From positions 264,926,001 to 264,990,000 of the forward strand of contig OZ024743.1 of the NCBI GenBank assembly GCA_964016885.1: 64,000 nt of DNA, read 5' to 3'. Made by a program: the position numbers and the translations under genes. This DNA is from Eledone cirrhosa (taxonomy: Eukaryota). The notes beneath the pieces were generated by a model. It worked only from the letters and a program-made list of their open reading frames with translations. It was not told where the DNA came from and ran no database searches. This document shows, in pieces, positions 1-13,329 of the stretch (within the stretch, counting starts at the first letter, position 1; each line of letters opens with the position of its first letter).

Positions 1-164
1 AATTTAATACAGCATCATCGAAGCTGGTGTTACAGCCAAGCTAACGAATGCATCTTGGTGTGCAGTTAAGCACTCAATAGCGTATATTACCATATAGTTA
101 TAGCATTACGTTTAGACAGCTTTGCAAATTGAAGACAGCGACCGATAGCGACAAATATATATAT

Positions 165-587
<423 letters not shown>

Positions 588-1311
588 GCGTACATATTCA
601 TACAATATATATATAATTGTCTGTTTGTGTGTGTGTGTATCTAAGACATTTGATTATGAATTTTAAAACATGAGGATGCACAACGTAAAAGAAGGGAAAA
701 TATAACGGAACAATTATATTAGTTTGTATTTGTTGGGCAAGATAATGCTTTTGACTGATATAAATAAAGGGAAATAGTAATGTAGATTCTACATTACTAT
801 TTCCCTTTGTACAACTTGCTTTTATTTGTACTACTAAATATTTAATACCATCATTTATTGAGGTCGATTCTAGTAAACATGTATATTTTCCTATTTTTAT
901 TTACTTCTTTGTCACCTCTCTAATTACTAAAAAAAATAACGCTGTTGCACTGTATTTTCATCATATTCACAACTTAGTGCCATGATCATATAAATTACTA
1001 CCCACCACTAATTTCCAACACCCCATTTCTAATGGCCTTATAATCATGCTTTTCCCAGTGTCAAAATGTCGGAGGTCATAGAATCTCACTTCAGAGAAAT
1101 GGCTTTTGAAGCCGACTTCAGAGTTAAATATGTGTGATGGGATGAAATCCGTTAATGACTCATGATGAACGAAAGGGGTGTATAAAACAAGTCTTCGCTA
1201 TTTACGAACCCGAAGATTGAACTAACATCCATGCCTCTTTTATATATAATAATGTATGTATGAACCATTTGGAATATCCTCTGCAATTCGATATATACAT
1301 AGGTGGATGTT

Positions 1312-1466
<155 letters not shown>

Positions 1467-1467
1467 A

Positions 1468-1600
1468 TGCCGGGTTCAATCGGAGGTTACCACATTAAGT
1501 AAGGTACTCAATACATAGCACAGTATAAATATTTGATATCGAAATGGGCTTTCCTGAAGCTTTCCTTCAAATGAAACAGTTCTAGTCGCGTAGAAACCTT
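1468..1600. mobile_element. PLE pLTR fragment (family C): inverted tail plus degenerate hammerhead
   Basis: 1468-1530 matches 3921-3980 and the reverse complement of about 32145-32208. 1550-1597 reads TTTC CTGAAGC...GAAA CAG TTCTAGTC GCG TA GAAAC, a decayed copy of the 32080 motif. Confidence 0.65.
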
Positions 1601-1615
1601 TATATATATATATAT

Positions 1616-1710
1616 AATGTATAAAATCAATACAATATTATTACCTCATTACCAGAGGTTTCCCGAATGAGGCGGTTTCGTATTCGCCTCATTCGGGAAA
1701 CCTCTGGTAA
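1616..1710. repeat. Fold-back hairpin of a Naiad pLTR end (family E), containing only the 3' half of a hammerhead
   Basis: TTACCAGAGGTTTCCCGAATGAGGCG / CGCCTCATTCGGGAAACCTCTGGTAA perfect arms; same sequence as about 19523-19576. Confidence 0.8.
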
Positions 1711-1869
1711 TTTTGCTCTGATACTGACATAGAGCACTCTTCATTTCTATGACCTTTTCTGTTTCTAACTGAAATTTTAATACTTATATATATATATATA
1801 TATTTGGTTTCTGAATTTGTTTAGCAAGATTCTTTATCTGAAAACGTGTGTTGAAACCGATTTAGAAGG

Positions 1870-2351
1870 GCCCTAGATAAACTTAAACTAAATATTAAGA
1901 TAGTAGAAATACCAGGTACCTCCATAAAAACACTTATTAATAATACATACCCTTTTCAAAGACATCCCTGTATAGATATGAAATGCATAATCTGTAAACT
2001 AAGCCCCATATTAACTGTAAAACGAGAAACATAGTATGTAGCATGAGATGTACTGAAGGGCAATGTAAAGATAAGAATATAGTGTACATAGGTGAGACAG
2101 CTCGTACTATAGGAGGACGATTAAATGAACACTGGCGGGAGCTTCAAGATAGAAAAGAATCATCAGTACTCCATCAACATGCTAAATTAGAACATAAGAG
2201 CAAATTAGAGAACTTAGAAATAAAAATAAAATCTACACACAGGAAAGAGGCAATGTTTAGACAAATCACAGAGGCAATAAACATAAATCAACTCCAACCA
2301 AAATTAAATAGAAAACATGAATCGAATAACAACATTACAACTTACAATTAA
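1870..2351 (+). pseudogene. PLE linker plus GIY-YIG endonuclease fragment
   Basis: KIVEIPGTSIK..PF..PC...KCIIC, then after a frameshift NCKTRNIVCSMRC..YIGETAR. Confidence 0.85.
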
Positions 2352-2547
2352 GGACAACATGAAAACACACACACATAGAACAAACAACCAACCAGTAACA
2401 TGTAAATAAACAAATAAATAAACAAATAAAAACACACACAGACACCCGGATGTAACACATGCGCAAACTAAGCACACAACACACACAAAAACAAGATGGC
2501 GTAGGACAGAACAAAGGAGAGGCACAAAACAAAGAAAATAATCCCTA

Positions 2548-2590
2548 GTCACTGAAGAGGTCACATAATGTGTGATGAAAGAACTTTCAC
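2548..2590 (+). ncRNA. Minimal type I hammerhead (family B), stem I mismatch
   Basis: GTCA-CTGAAGA-G-GTCACA TAATG TGTGAT-GAAA-G AA C-TT-TCAC. Confidence 0.7.
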
Positions 2591-2770
2591 AATATATGAA
2601 AAGCCGTCCGGTTGTGGAACCAACCAACCAACCGAAAATTTATAAATTTATACATTTTTTAATTTATAAATTTATAATTTTAATTATTACAAATTGGAGT
2701 GAAGCAACTAGTGCGTGTGTTTCTTATTAGCAACATGACCTTCCCAAAGAGTAACAATATATATATATAT

Positions 2771-3600
2771 CTATTGTTATACTTGGGGAGGGTCGTATTT
2801 TTGTAATAATATTGCCAGATTTACTAACAGAATACACTCACTGCTTGGTTGGTTTTCGCTTCTGTATATTTTATATCAGTTAATTTATTCGGACCTCAAT
2901 GTTTACCATTGACTGACCAACGGTCAAAAATACAGATATAATATAGACACAAACACATATATATATAGTCTAACAAAGTTCTTTCGTTGCACTTCTGCAA
3001 CTTCGTCAGTGGTGCCATTATGTTTCCTCCTGTAGTAGGGTATGTCTACGCCATCTTTATTTAATCTTTTTATTTATTTATTTAGTTTTGTCTTCTTTTC
3101 TGGGCATGCGTTTGCGTATGTGTATAGTGTTTGATGTGTGTACGCGTTTGGGTGAGTGTGTTTTGGTTATTGTATTCTATCTTAGTTTACTAGTGTGTGT
3201 TTATATGTGTTTGTTGTTATTGTGCTTGTGTATATATTTATTTATTTATTTATTTATTTATATTTCTCTCAGGTCAGTATTGTTTGTTTGGGTCTTGTTG
3301 TTATTCCATTGATTTTTTCTGTTTAGATTTGGCCTTCTAAGTTCTATTTCACTGGCCTCTCTGATTTGCCTATCTGCTAGGTCATTTCTATGTTTAGATA
3401 TTATTTTAATTTCTATTTTGTCTATGTTACCGTCATGGTGTTGTCTGGCGTGTTCGTATAGTACTGAACCGTTTTTTCGTCCTTTTAGTTCCTCCCAGTG
3501 TTGGTCTATCCTTACAGCTATGCTACGAGCTGTCTCGCCTATGTATGCTGTTGTCATGTTTCTGCAAGTTCCCTCTGTACATCTTATGCTATAGACTACA
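2771..3600 (-). mobile_element. 5'-truncated Penelope-like element (GIY-YIG fragment plus pLTR), tail-to-tail with the previous one
   Basis: ORF 3258-3623 has VVYSIRC..YIGETARS..R..H..RQIREA..LN. pLTR end related to 4195-4345 and to the family B terminus. Confidence 0.88.
2972..3013 (-). ncRNA. Minimal type I hammerhead (family B variant)
   Basis: Minus strand: ACCA-CTGACGA-A-GTTGCA GAAG TGCAAC-GAAA-G AA C-TT-TGTT. Confidence 0.7.
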
Positions 3601-3844
3601 TTTAAGAGTATCAATGAAAACAATATCTAAAGTATTAATTATTTATTATCTAAGCAGTAAGAAGTATATGATGGACATTTGGTTACTATTTCTGACGGGT
3701 TAAATAAAAGCAAAGAAGTCACATTGGCTCCTTCACTCGTTAGTTCTTTGAAGGATAGCGGCAGATGGATGGAGCTGGTATAAAAATCAATCCATTCTTG
3801 CCATGTGTTTTACTCGAGCACAAGGGAACAATTAAAAAAATGAT

Positions 3845-3911
<67 letters not shown>

Positions 3912-4003
3912 GTGTGAGTACTAGGTTCAATCAGGGGTAGCCACAGTAAGTAAGGTACTCAATACATTGGTAGAATGTAAACAGCACGTTTAATCTAGTA
4001 ATA

Positions 4004-4052
4004 GTTTCTACAGGATTAGAAATGTTTCATTCGAAGGAAATCATCAGGAAAG
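4004..4052 (-). ncRNA. Type I hammerhead (family C) within pLTR fragment 3921-4060
   Basis: Minus strand: TTTC-CTGATGA-T TTC CTTC GAA T-GAAA-CAT TTCTAATC CTG-TA-GAAA. Confidence 0.7.
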
Positions 4053-4106
4053 CTGATGTATATATTCAATAAATTTCTATATTAGAAGGAAGTTCTATAT
4101 TAAATT

Positions 4107-4187
<81 letters not shown>

Positions 4188-4361
4188 TATATATATTGTT
4201 ATACTTGGGAAGAGTCATATTGTAATTATATTGCCAGAAATAATAACAGAACACACTCAGTTTTGTTTTCGTTTCTGTATCTTTTATATCTCCATAGTTA
4301 ATTTATTTGGCAATCAACGTTTATTGACCAACGATTAAAAATACATATATATATATATATA

Positions 4362-4971
4362 TATGAAAGACGTAAAATAAGAAAATAAAAAAAATTTTTT
4401 TTTTAAATTAACTTACTAAAATGTTCACTCCAACTAATTAGTTTCTGTAATGGGATAAAGACAGTTACGTAATATAACCGTCGAGAATTCATTACGTCAT
4501 CAGGGTAGGCTTCTGTCATCTTACCATCCCACTCCTTCCGACTAGCCTCAGTGTCACGTGATTGATTCTTTAGAATCTGCCATTTGACCAGAGACAGCGT
4601 GCTTTTCAGTGCATGGAATCCAATCCCCGCTAGCTGTTCCATCTACCGAATTATTATTATTTTTATATGAGTCCCCAGTGTTCGCGCATTGCCTGGAGAC
4701 TTAGCTGAGAATAGACTCCCTGATGACGTAATGAATTCTCGACGGTTATATTACGTAACTGTCTTTATCCTATTACAGAAACTAATTAGTTGGAGTGAAC
4801 ATTTTAGTAAGTAAGTTAATTTTTTAAATTTTTTTTTTTATTTTCTTATTTTACGTCTTTCATATTATTGTTCTGCACCCTCCTGCATTGAACCACCTAG
4901 GTACTATGACATAACTTATGTATTTGCTAGCATTAGTGTACATCTGTACGCATATGTTAGTAGATATACTA

Positions 4972-4980
<9 letters not shown>
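4362..4980. mobile_element. Non-coding fold-back pLTR-like element (family D)
   Basis: Inverted arms 4362-4505 and 4718-4863; homologous to 8303-9420; flanked by TA/CT repeats. Confidence 0.8.
4715..4796 (+). ncRNA. Type I hammerhead with long stem II and palindromic stem III (family D)
   Basis: ACTCC-CTGATGA-C GTAAT...ATTAC A-GAAA-CTAATTAG-TT-GGAGT; stem III region ACTAATTAGT is self-complementary. Confidence 0.8.
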
Positions 4981-5067
<87 letters not shown>

Positions 5068-5068
<1 letters not shown>

Positions 5069-5320
5069 TAAAAGAAAAAGAAAATGCTGACAAATTGTTC
5101 CCAGTGAAAAATAGTTTAATTAGGAATAAATAAAAATTACTAATAAGTATTTGTTAGTATTCAGTTTTAGTTTTAAGTTTTTACCGGTTGCGCATTTCTA
5201 ATGCCTTTCAAAAATAATTTTGAGAGAGAGCGCCCGTGATGTTTGCTCTAATCGGATTAGAGCAAACATTTTACCAATATATCACAACTCGTGTGTTACA
5301 CCTCAATTCTTTTAAATATA
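5068..5320. mobile_element. Internally deleted copy of the 17204-19330 fold-back element
   Basis: 5068-5250 matches 17204-17390; 5281-5320 matches 19296-19335. Confidence 0.7.
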
Positions 5321-5341
5321 TATATATATATATGTATAGTC

Positions 5342-5385
5342 TATCAAAGTTCTTTCGTCGCACATCTGCAACATCATCAGTGGTA
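5342..5385 (-). ncRNA. Minimal type I hammerhead (family B variant)
   Basis: Minus strand: TACCA-CTGATGA-T-GTTGCA GATG TGCGAC-GAAA-G AA C-TT-TGATA. Confidence 0.7.
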
Positions 5386-5459
5386 CTATTATCATATTCC
5401 CTCCTATTCTATTGGAATGTTTACGCCATTTGTATTTTATTTATTTTATAGACATACAT

Positions 5460-6022
5460 ACATGGTGGCTGCCAACTCGTTTTCGAGTACGGCCACTACT
5501 TTAATCCATGTAGGAGAACCCCTACCGATGCGCTGAACTGGTACAAACACTACTTTTTGACAATTATTGACACATTGTGCTGGGCCCATGGTACCATGTG
5601 ACGACAAGTGCAGATAGATCTCCAGATATAAAGCAATGCCTGTGCCGTGAAGCTTTTATAGTGAGCAAAGGCACTGCATGCACAAAGCCAGTCCCACTCT
5701 CTTAACCAAAATGATATTTACCAAAAAGAAGAACAAGTCAACATCATTGGATACCATCAGGGTTGCAGGTGTTATATCAGAGTTTTCCTTCTCCTAGAAT
5801 TCTGCCTTGACAAAGGCTAAGCGGTCATGTCATCGGTGATTTTGGATGGCCATTGGCTCTTAAGAGCTCCTTTGCCCTTTGACAGGTTTTGTTTTTAGTC
5901 CTGCAGGATGTCCAAAGTCACCCTCCTCACCAAGAATCATTGGTGGCGTTGCCAGTTTAGTCGCCAACGACCATGAGACAGGTTGTACTGGGATACATGT
6001 TACCAGTAGCACCAACTGGTGA
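5460..6022 (-). mobile_element. Short non-coding element resembling an RTE-clade LINE 5' region, inserted in (TACA)n
   Basis: Minus strand has CTAGGAGAAGGAAAACTCTG and GGCGACTAA motifs recalled from RTE 5' UTRs. A second diverged copy lies at 12690-13237; both abut CATA repeats. Confidence 0.55.
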
Positions 6023-6053
6023 CATACATACATACATACATATATACATACAC

Positions 6054-6140
<87 letters not shown>

Positions 6141-6143
<3 letters not shown>

Positions 6144-6720
6144 CGTTTCTGAATTTGTTTAGCAAGATTCTTTATCTGAAAACGTGTGTTGAAACCGATA
6201 TTGTTATGCTTTGGGAGGGTCATGTTGCCTATACGAAACACAAGCACCAGTTGCTTTCACTCAAATTTATTATGAATTAAATTCATAAATTTAAGAATTT
6301 ATAAATTTCCTGTTGGTTGGTTGGTTCCACAACCGGACGTTTGTTCATATATTGTCAAAGTTCTTTCGTCACACATTATGTGACCTCTTCAGTGACCGGG
6401 GATTATTTTCTTTGTTTTTGTGCCTCTCCTTTGTTCTGTCCTACGCCATCTTGTTTTTGTGTGTGTTGTGTGCTTAGTTTGCGCATGTGTTACATCTGGG
6501 TGTCTGTGTGTGTTTATATTTGTATATTTATTTGTTTATTTACATGTTACTGGTTGGTTGTTTGTTCTATGTGTGTGTGTGTTTTCATGTTGTCCTTAAT
6601 TGTAAGTTGTGATGTTGCTATTCCATTCATGTTTTCTATTTAATTTTGGTTGGAGTTCATTTATGTTTATTGCCTCTGTGATTTGTCTAAACATTGCGTC
6701 TATTCTGTGTGTAGATTCAG
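6141..6720 (-). mobile_element. PLE 3' fragment (family B), close copy of about 2235-2760 in opposite orientation
   Basis: Near-identical reverse complement including the end of the GIY-YIG ORF, hammerhead and terminus. Confidence 0.88.
6354..6396 (-). ncRNA. Minimal type I hammerhead (family B), all stems intact
   Basis: Minus strand: GTCA-CTGAAGA-G-GTCACA TAATG TGTGAC-GAAA-G AA C-TT-TGAC. Confidence 0.8.
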
Positions 6721-6849
6721 ATTTCTCTCATGTAAGAATATCCTAACTTAATGGAATATTCAAAACTTCAATTACACAGCGAAACGGCAATTGGGAGATT
6801 AAAGTAAGTGGATACATTTTTCTTTATCTTGTTTACTTTTCCCACATAT

Positions 6850-7042
6850 AATTGTTTCTACGTTTGGCACACTGCCAGCAATTATCCCAGTGCATTACTG
6901 GAACTGTATTTTATCGACCCCATAAGGAGAAAAAGCAAAGTTAGCTTCGGCGAGAGTTGAACTCACGCCGTAAAGGGCCGCGTAACTCTTTGATGTAAAT
7001 CATTGTGTCTGACGCTCTACCGATACTGCCAATCCACCGCCC
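6850..7042 (-). mobile_element. tRNA-derived SINE with Nin/Deu-like core (diverged copy)
   Basis: Reverse complement aligns by eye with 41277-41460 from GGCGGTGGATTGGCAG to GTAGAAACAATT. Confidence 0.85.
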
Positions 7043-7199
7043 GAATATAATGTGATATATATATATATATACAAATACTGACTGATACTTCTTGCCGTAC
7101 GTTCATTAAACATTATACGTCAAGTTACAGAGTAGCTTTTGTTTCGCAAACAGGTTCACATATCCGTAAGTTAAACTGTTAAACTGTTTCTCTCCTGGC

Positions 7200-7619
7200 A
7201 TTAAAGGCTGGGGTCTGTCTTCATGCATTAAAAGCCTGGGTGTTTCTTCATGCATTTCGGCATGTCAGCTCAGTTAAACAGCTGATTGGCAAATTAAGCA
7301 ACACTCATTGCAACTTTATGGCGTGATGGTAAAACGATTTCCCAGGCTCCTGTGACTTTACATGGTTGACAAATACAGCTCTCTATAGAAGAAATCGTCC
7401 ACACACTACAATTCTTGTGGATTTTTGCAGGCAAGGCACTTTTTATCACGCTCACATGGTGAACGCTTCAAAACTCCATACGTGTTTTCTCAGATATCAC
7501 ATCCATATTTGATGATCATCCTCCATGATATAAGGCCTTCAGCCAATGCCTCCATCTCTTTCATATCAATCTTCAGTGATTTAAGCTTGTTTTTTATGGC
7601 ATTCATGTACTACTACTTT

Positions 7620-7620
<1 letters not shown>
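7200..7620 (-). pseudogene. Degraded RTE-clade LINE C-terminus with C2H2 zinc-finger remnants
   Basis: Manual translation: PK...NAIKNKLKSLKIDMKEMEALAEGLISWRMIIKYGC, then C..CGRFLL.RA.FVNHVKSH and a second C..C..H..H remnant. Confidence 0.65.
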
Positions 7621-7661
<41 letters not shown>

Positions 7662-7939
7662 AAGATTGAAGAATAACATGGTCAACAGTACAAACTTAAT
7701 GAATGAAACAATTTTTAATACTGTAAATAAAACCCTTTTTGTACTGTTCACCATGTTATTCTTCACTCTTTCACTATTATTACTTCAAGATTAACTTGCA
7801 TATGAACACCTTAGAACTCGCAAACTCGCTACCTAAGGAAACCTCTTGTTGAGTCAAACAACGCCGTACGCTAAAACTATCCACAATACGGAGTATTCAC
7901 AACCTCTAACTGGATTAACTATAACGATAATTTGTTATC

Positions 7940-8001
<62 letters not shown>

Positions 8002-8217
8002 GACATAAAAAACAACAACACAGGATTACAAGTTACGAAAGGTATTAGGTTCACGCTTATTGAGAGTGAGGGTGGGTGGAGCGTCGTTTCGTGCATAATC
8101 CCTTCATCAGGAGAGTGGTGGGAAGGAGATGGAGGAGGGGGAGGAACTCCGAGAGGGAAAGGGGGAGTTATATATATACATATAATTATATATACATATA
8201 TATATACACATATATAC

Positions 8218-8302
<85 letters not shown>

Positions 8303-8309
<7 letters not shown>

Positions 8310-9416
8310 GACGTAAAATAAGAAAATTTTAAAATTAACTTAATAAAATTTTCACTCCAACTAATTAGTTTATGTAAGGGAATAAATATAGTTACGCAAC
8401 GCAACTATAGAGAAATCCTTACGTCATCAGGGAGTCTATTCTCAGCTAATCACATGCAATGCGCGGACACTAGGAACCCATATAAAAATAATAATTCAGT
8501 GGATGGAAAAAAGCAAGCGTGGACTAGATTCCATGGCTCTGAAAAAATTCACTGCCTACTTGGTCAGTGGCAAATTCTAAAGAATCATTCACGTGACACT
8601 GAGGTTAATCAGTGAGGAGTGGAGTGGTGATAAGACAAGAGCCTAACTACTACCATGAACCATCGCAGTAAATTTCGGCAAGTCTTGCTCAACAAATAAT
8701 TTGGAGATAAATATAGAGAATTAGTATATCTACCAACATATGTCTACAGATGTATACTCATGCTAGCAAATATATATGTTTTGTCTTCGTACCTTTGTGG
8801 TTCTATGCAAGGGGATGCAGAACAATTATATGAAAGACGTAAAATAAGAAAATTTTAAAAATAAGAACATTTTAAAATTATATACTAATTCTCTATATTT
8901 ATCTCCACATTATTTGTTGAGCAAAACTTTCCGAAATTTACTGCTATGGTTCATGGTAGTAGTTAGGCTCTTGTCTTATCACCACTCCACTCCTCACTGA
9001 TTAACCTCAGTGTCACGTGATTGATTCTTTAGAATTTGCCACTGACCAAGTAGGCAATGAATTTTTTCAGTGCCCTGGAATCTAGTCCCCGCTTGCTTTT
9101 TTCCATCCACTGAATTATTATTTTTATATGGGTTCCTAGTGTCCGCGCATTGCCTGGGAACTTAGCTGAGCATAGACTCCCTGATGACGTAAGGAATTCT
9201 CTATAGTTATATTACGTAACTATATTTATCCCCTTAGAGAAACTAATTAGTTGGAGTGAAAATTTTAGTAAGTTAATTTTAAAATTTTCTTATTTTACTT
9301 CTTTCATATAATTGTTCTGCATCCCCTTGCATAGAACCACAAAGGTACTAAGACATAACATATATATTTGCTAGCATGAGTATACATCTGTATACATATG
9401 TTGGTAGATATACTAA

Positions 9417-9420
<4 letters not shown>
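8303..9420. mobile_element. Family D fold-back element, about 1.1 kb, with two opposed pLTR-like units
   Basis: 8303-8870 and 8880-9420 are largely reverse complements; homologous to 4362-4980; hammerheads at 8354-8435 (minus, GAAA mutated to TAAA) and 9176-9257 (plus). Confidence 0.82.
9176..9257 (+). ncRNA. Type I hammerhead (family D)
   Basis: ACTCC-CTGATGA-C GTAAGG...CCTTAG A-GAAA-CTAATTAG-TT-GGAGT. Confidence 0.75.
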
Positions 9421-9465
<45 letters not shown>

Positions 9466-9468
<3 letters not shown>

Positions 9469-10346
9469 TGTGCGGAGGATATTTGTTCGCAATTTTCAAC
9501 TGCTGATTTTATGCAAATTATTTTTACGTCCGTTGTCACTCTTGTCTTCATAAAAACAGTGACTATATTTCCATTATTTATTTTCAGAATAATTGATTAT
9601 GAATAGTTTTGAACCTCTAAATTTGTGGAAGATACACGAAGTTCTTCTTGGAATCCGCGCCGGGAGGACAAATAAGACCAGAAGATCAACTCCCAGAACA
9701 ACAGGTGGCTCGCTGTTTCATCCAAAGGCGTGCCTAGAGTCATGCAGACAATGTTTCGAGCGGTAACATTGGTCTTAGGTGTCGTCAGCAGTCAAGGTGA
9801 CGTCATGCCACCTCACTTCTTCCCTGAGGGCCTCAACCTGAACACCGATGGCTACATCCGCGTTCTGGGTGAGGTAGTAAAGCCCTGGATCGACCAGATA
9901 TCTGCAGGTAGGCCGGACGTGTGACAGCAACACTCAGCGCCCTGCAATACCAGCCGAAAACCCAAGCCTGGCTGTCAGAGAACTTCGTCGACCACACTTC
10001 ACCCGACATCTGATTGCCTGACTGCAACCACCTCGACTTCTTTGTGTGGGGCGCAGTGGAACGAGACACCAACAGATATAGCTGCAATACGAAAGATGAT
10101 CTGAAGGCCAGGATCACAAGTGCCTTTAGGGGTCTAAGTCGGAGGACAGTGGCGATGGCCTCTAGCCGGTTCCGAGGCCGCCTTGAGGCCGTCATCAAAA
10201 CCACTGGCTGGCTCATCGAGTGAGATCGAAAGAACACGTCATGAAGACAAACTGACCCAAGTTTGATAAATAAATCTTCTTAAAAAATAAAACTATTGTG
10301 TTACCTTGTCCTAGACAGTAATCTTGCGAACAAATATCATCCGCAA

Positions 10347-10349
<3 letters not shown>
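9466..10349 (+). mobile_element. Tc1/mariner superfamily transposon remnant, maT/DD37D-like, internally deleted
   Basis: TIRs TGCGGAGGATATTTGTTCGCAA / TTGCGAACAAATATCATCCGCA in TA context. Transposase remnants VLGVVSSQGDVMPPHFF..KPW..QQ.SAPC and PDCNHLDFFVWG with stops and frameshifts. Confidence 0.9.
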
Positions 10350-10418
<69 letters not shown>

Positions 10419-10420
10419 TA

Positions 10421-10477
<57 letters not shown>

Positions 10478-10804
10478 TAGCCATGCATATGTACATATAT
10501 ATATCCATGTGTGTATGTGTGTGTCTGTCTGTCTCTGTGTATAGATGTCAATATGTATTTCATTTTTCTTCAAGTCACACCATTTCTGTTACAATTTCAA
10601 ATGCAATATCTATATTTTGTAGTTATTTAAGAAAAGAAATTGAAAATCTCTCTCGTAAATATTTTAATTCCATTTTTAAAAAGCTACTCACTAGCTTGTT
10701 TGGCAATGATTTGTATATTTCTTTTATTTCTATATCTATATTCGTCTCAATTTTACCTCATTAAACGTTTCCATGCACTAGATTACAAATTCTTCCTTTG
10801 TCAC

Positions 10805-10862
<58 letters not shown>

Positions 10863-11659
10863 GTATATAAATATATATGTATAGATATATACATAGAGAG
10901 AGAGATAGACACACGCACTCATACATACACACGCACTCATACATACACACACACACACACACATATATGTATTCCCTAATGTAAAAATGTAAAATAATGC
11001 GTGTATGTATGTAATTTTTATTCATTTATGTACATACATAGACACACATATATATTATTTTTTCATGTATACATATGCATATATTTGTACATGTATATGT
11101 ATGCATATATATGTACGTATGCATGTATAATGTTTATAATTCCCATCGATTTTATAAATATTACTATTTCATTTTTACTACTTTAGTATTTAATGGAAAA
11201 AGACTGACAGGAAATCGGTATTTCCTTTGTAAAATGATTCGTTTGCACAAAAGACATGACAAGTACTTAATCATATTCAAATTACCCAATACATTTCACC
11301 GGAATCTAACTTTACATAAATATTCCAAATGCCACTTTTTTTCATTTCTTTCAACTTCTTGTTTATTTCTTCTTCTTCTTTAATTATTTTTTTAATATTT
11401 TGTTTTTATTGCATACTTATTGTTTTCTTATAATCTTTCTTAGCATTTATGTTGCCTACTACGAAACGAAAGGAAACATTAAATAGTTAAGTGCAATAAA
11501 TTAATATAAATTGCTTACTTGTTTAGGCGCATGTCCTCAGATTTATTACAAGATTAGATAGAATTATGACGTCGTGATGTTCATCCTAGCATTATATTTT
11601 TCTTGAGGATTGTAACAGATATTGAGACGACTAAAAAATATTTACACTAACATATATGA

Positions 11660-11727
<68 letters not shown>

Positions 11728-12217
11728 GTCTAATTGCTTCTATGTGTCTGTGTTTGTACATATATGCCAACATGTATATATGTCAGTGTGTGTGAGTGTG
11801 TGTGCGACTGTGTGTGTCTGTATTCGAAATGTAAATAGAAAACAACGCACTAAACGAGACAGTGCAATGAAGGCGCGTTCATATATGTGTATATATGGTG
11901 ATATACACGTATGTATCTCTATATAGATAAAACTGTGTAAGCGTTTTTATATTTAATGCATTGACCATTTAATAGCTACTTAATTAGAGCTACTTATGCT
12001 GTAAAGAAATAGAAAATATTAGCTCACTGTGTAATAATAATTTAATTATTTTCGGGAAATAGAAAGCGGACATGGATTTTAGTCTTCTTAAATCCTCTCA
12101 GCGAAAGATAAACTTTTCCTTATTTTCAACGTATTGATGAGGCAATCGATAATGTATATAATTTAAGGATGAAAATATGATGGGTGCTGTCTTTCAGGAT
12201 TACGCTTGAACCTATAG

Positions 12218-12251
<34 letters not shown>

Positions 12252-12689
12252 CCCCCCCCCCATATATATATATATATATACATGTGTATATATATATATA
12301 AATATAGTAGTGAAAGAGATAAGAATAACATGGTCGGCGGTATTGTTAGGACAGCAGTAGCATTCACGTCTACACATATAGCACAAAAGATACGGATCCA
12401 TAGATGCAATAACATCCTTACCTGCACACACAAACACGTAGATACATTCATATGTATGTAACTAAAGGATGTTGTCTAAATTTCCAATGAAAGAGTTTTG
12501 TCACTATGTTAGAAATCGGCTCTCTCTCTCTCTCTCTCTCTCTTTCCCTTCATTAGGGAATATGTATAGAATAATAACATCAGGAGAACATACACGCATA
12601 AATACATACATACACACACACATACATACATACATAATGATATAACATTATTAATAGTTATCAATTATTGCTTTCGTGCAATGCTTGTG

Positions 12690-13237
12690 CGTGAAGATTT
12701 GTTGATGTGCGGAAAGACTATGCACTGAGCCAATCCCACTCTCTGAGTGACAGTAGCTATCAACATCAACGGTAAATACCGAGCCGCAAATGTTTTAAAT
12801 CGGAGTTATCCCAGTTTCCTGAGTTGCCTTCACCTAGAAGAATGCCCTGACAAAAGCTAGCGGTACTTCACTCCCAGTGGTTTAAACGCGCGGTCGGGTA
12901 TCTATCCCGATTATTTCTATGTCCCCGCGCATATATATACTTATGCATGCACACATACATACATACAAACATACATACATACATACATACATACATACAT
13001 ACATACATACATACATACATACATACATACATACATACACAAGTACATACACACTTTAGATGGCCGTTGTGTCTTATGATTTCTTCTGCCATTTGTCATG
13101 TCTTGTTTTTTTGTGTCCAAAATCACACTCCTCATGAAGAAAATTTGTGGTGTTGCCGGTTTAGTCACCGACGACCCAACGATGCGACTGGTTGTACTGG
13201 GTTACATGTTACTAGTAGCACTGAAGAGTGACTCGAC
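12690..13237 (-). mobile_element. Second copy of the RTE-5'-like short element, interrupted by a (TACA)n tract
   Basis: 12690-12880 and 13115-13237 align with 5647-5840 and 5910-6022. Confidence 0.6.
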
Positions 13238-13329
13238 ATACATTCATACATGCATACATACATACATACATACATACATACATACATACATACATACATA
13301 CATACATACATACATACATACATACATTC

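Larger units (their letters stand above)
1805..2760 (+). mobile_element. 5'-truncated Penelope-like element (GIY-YIG C-terminal part plus 3' pLTR, family B)
   Basis: ORF 2043-2351 has YIGETAR..RLNEH..H..RQITEAI..LN motifs of the PLE GIY-YIG endonuclease, then a hammerhead, ending at a TA repeat. 1805-1861 equals 6141-6199 and represents a short inverted 5' piece. Confidence 0.9.

Noticed and set aside
8078-8115. Minus-strand CTGATGAAGGG..GAAACG motif
   Set aside because: Stems II, III and I pair poorly; at most a decayed hammerhead.
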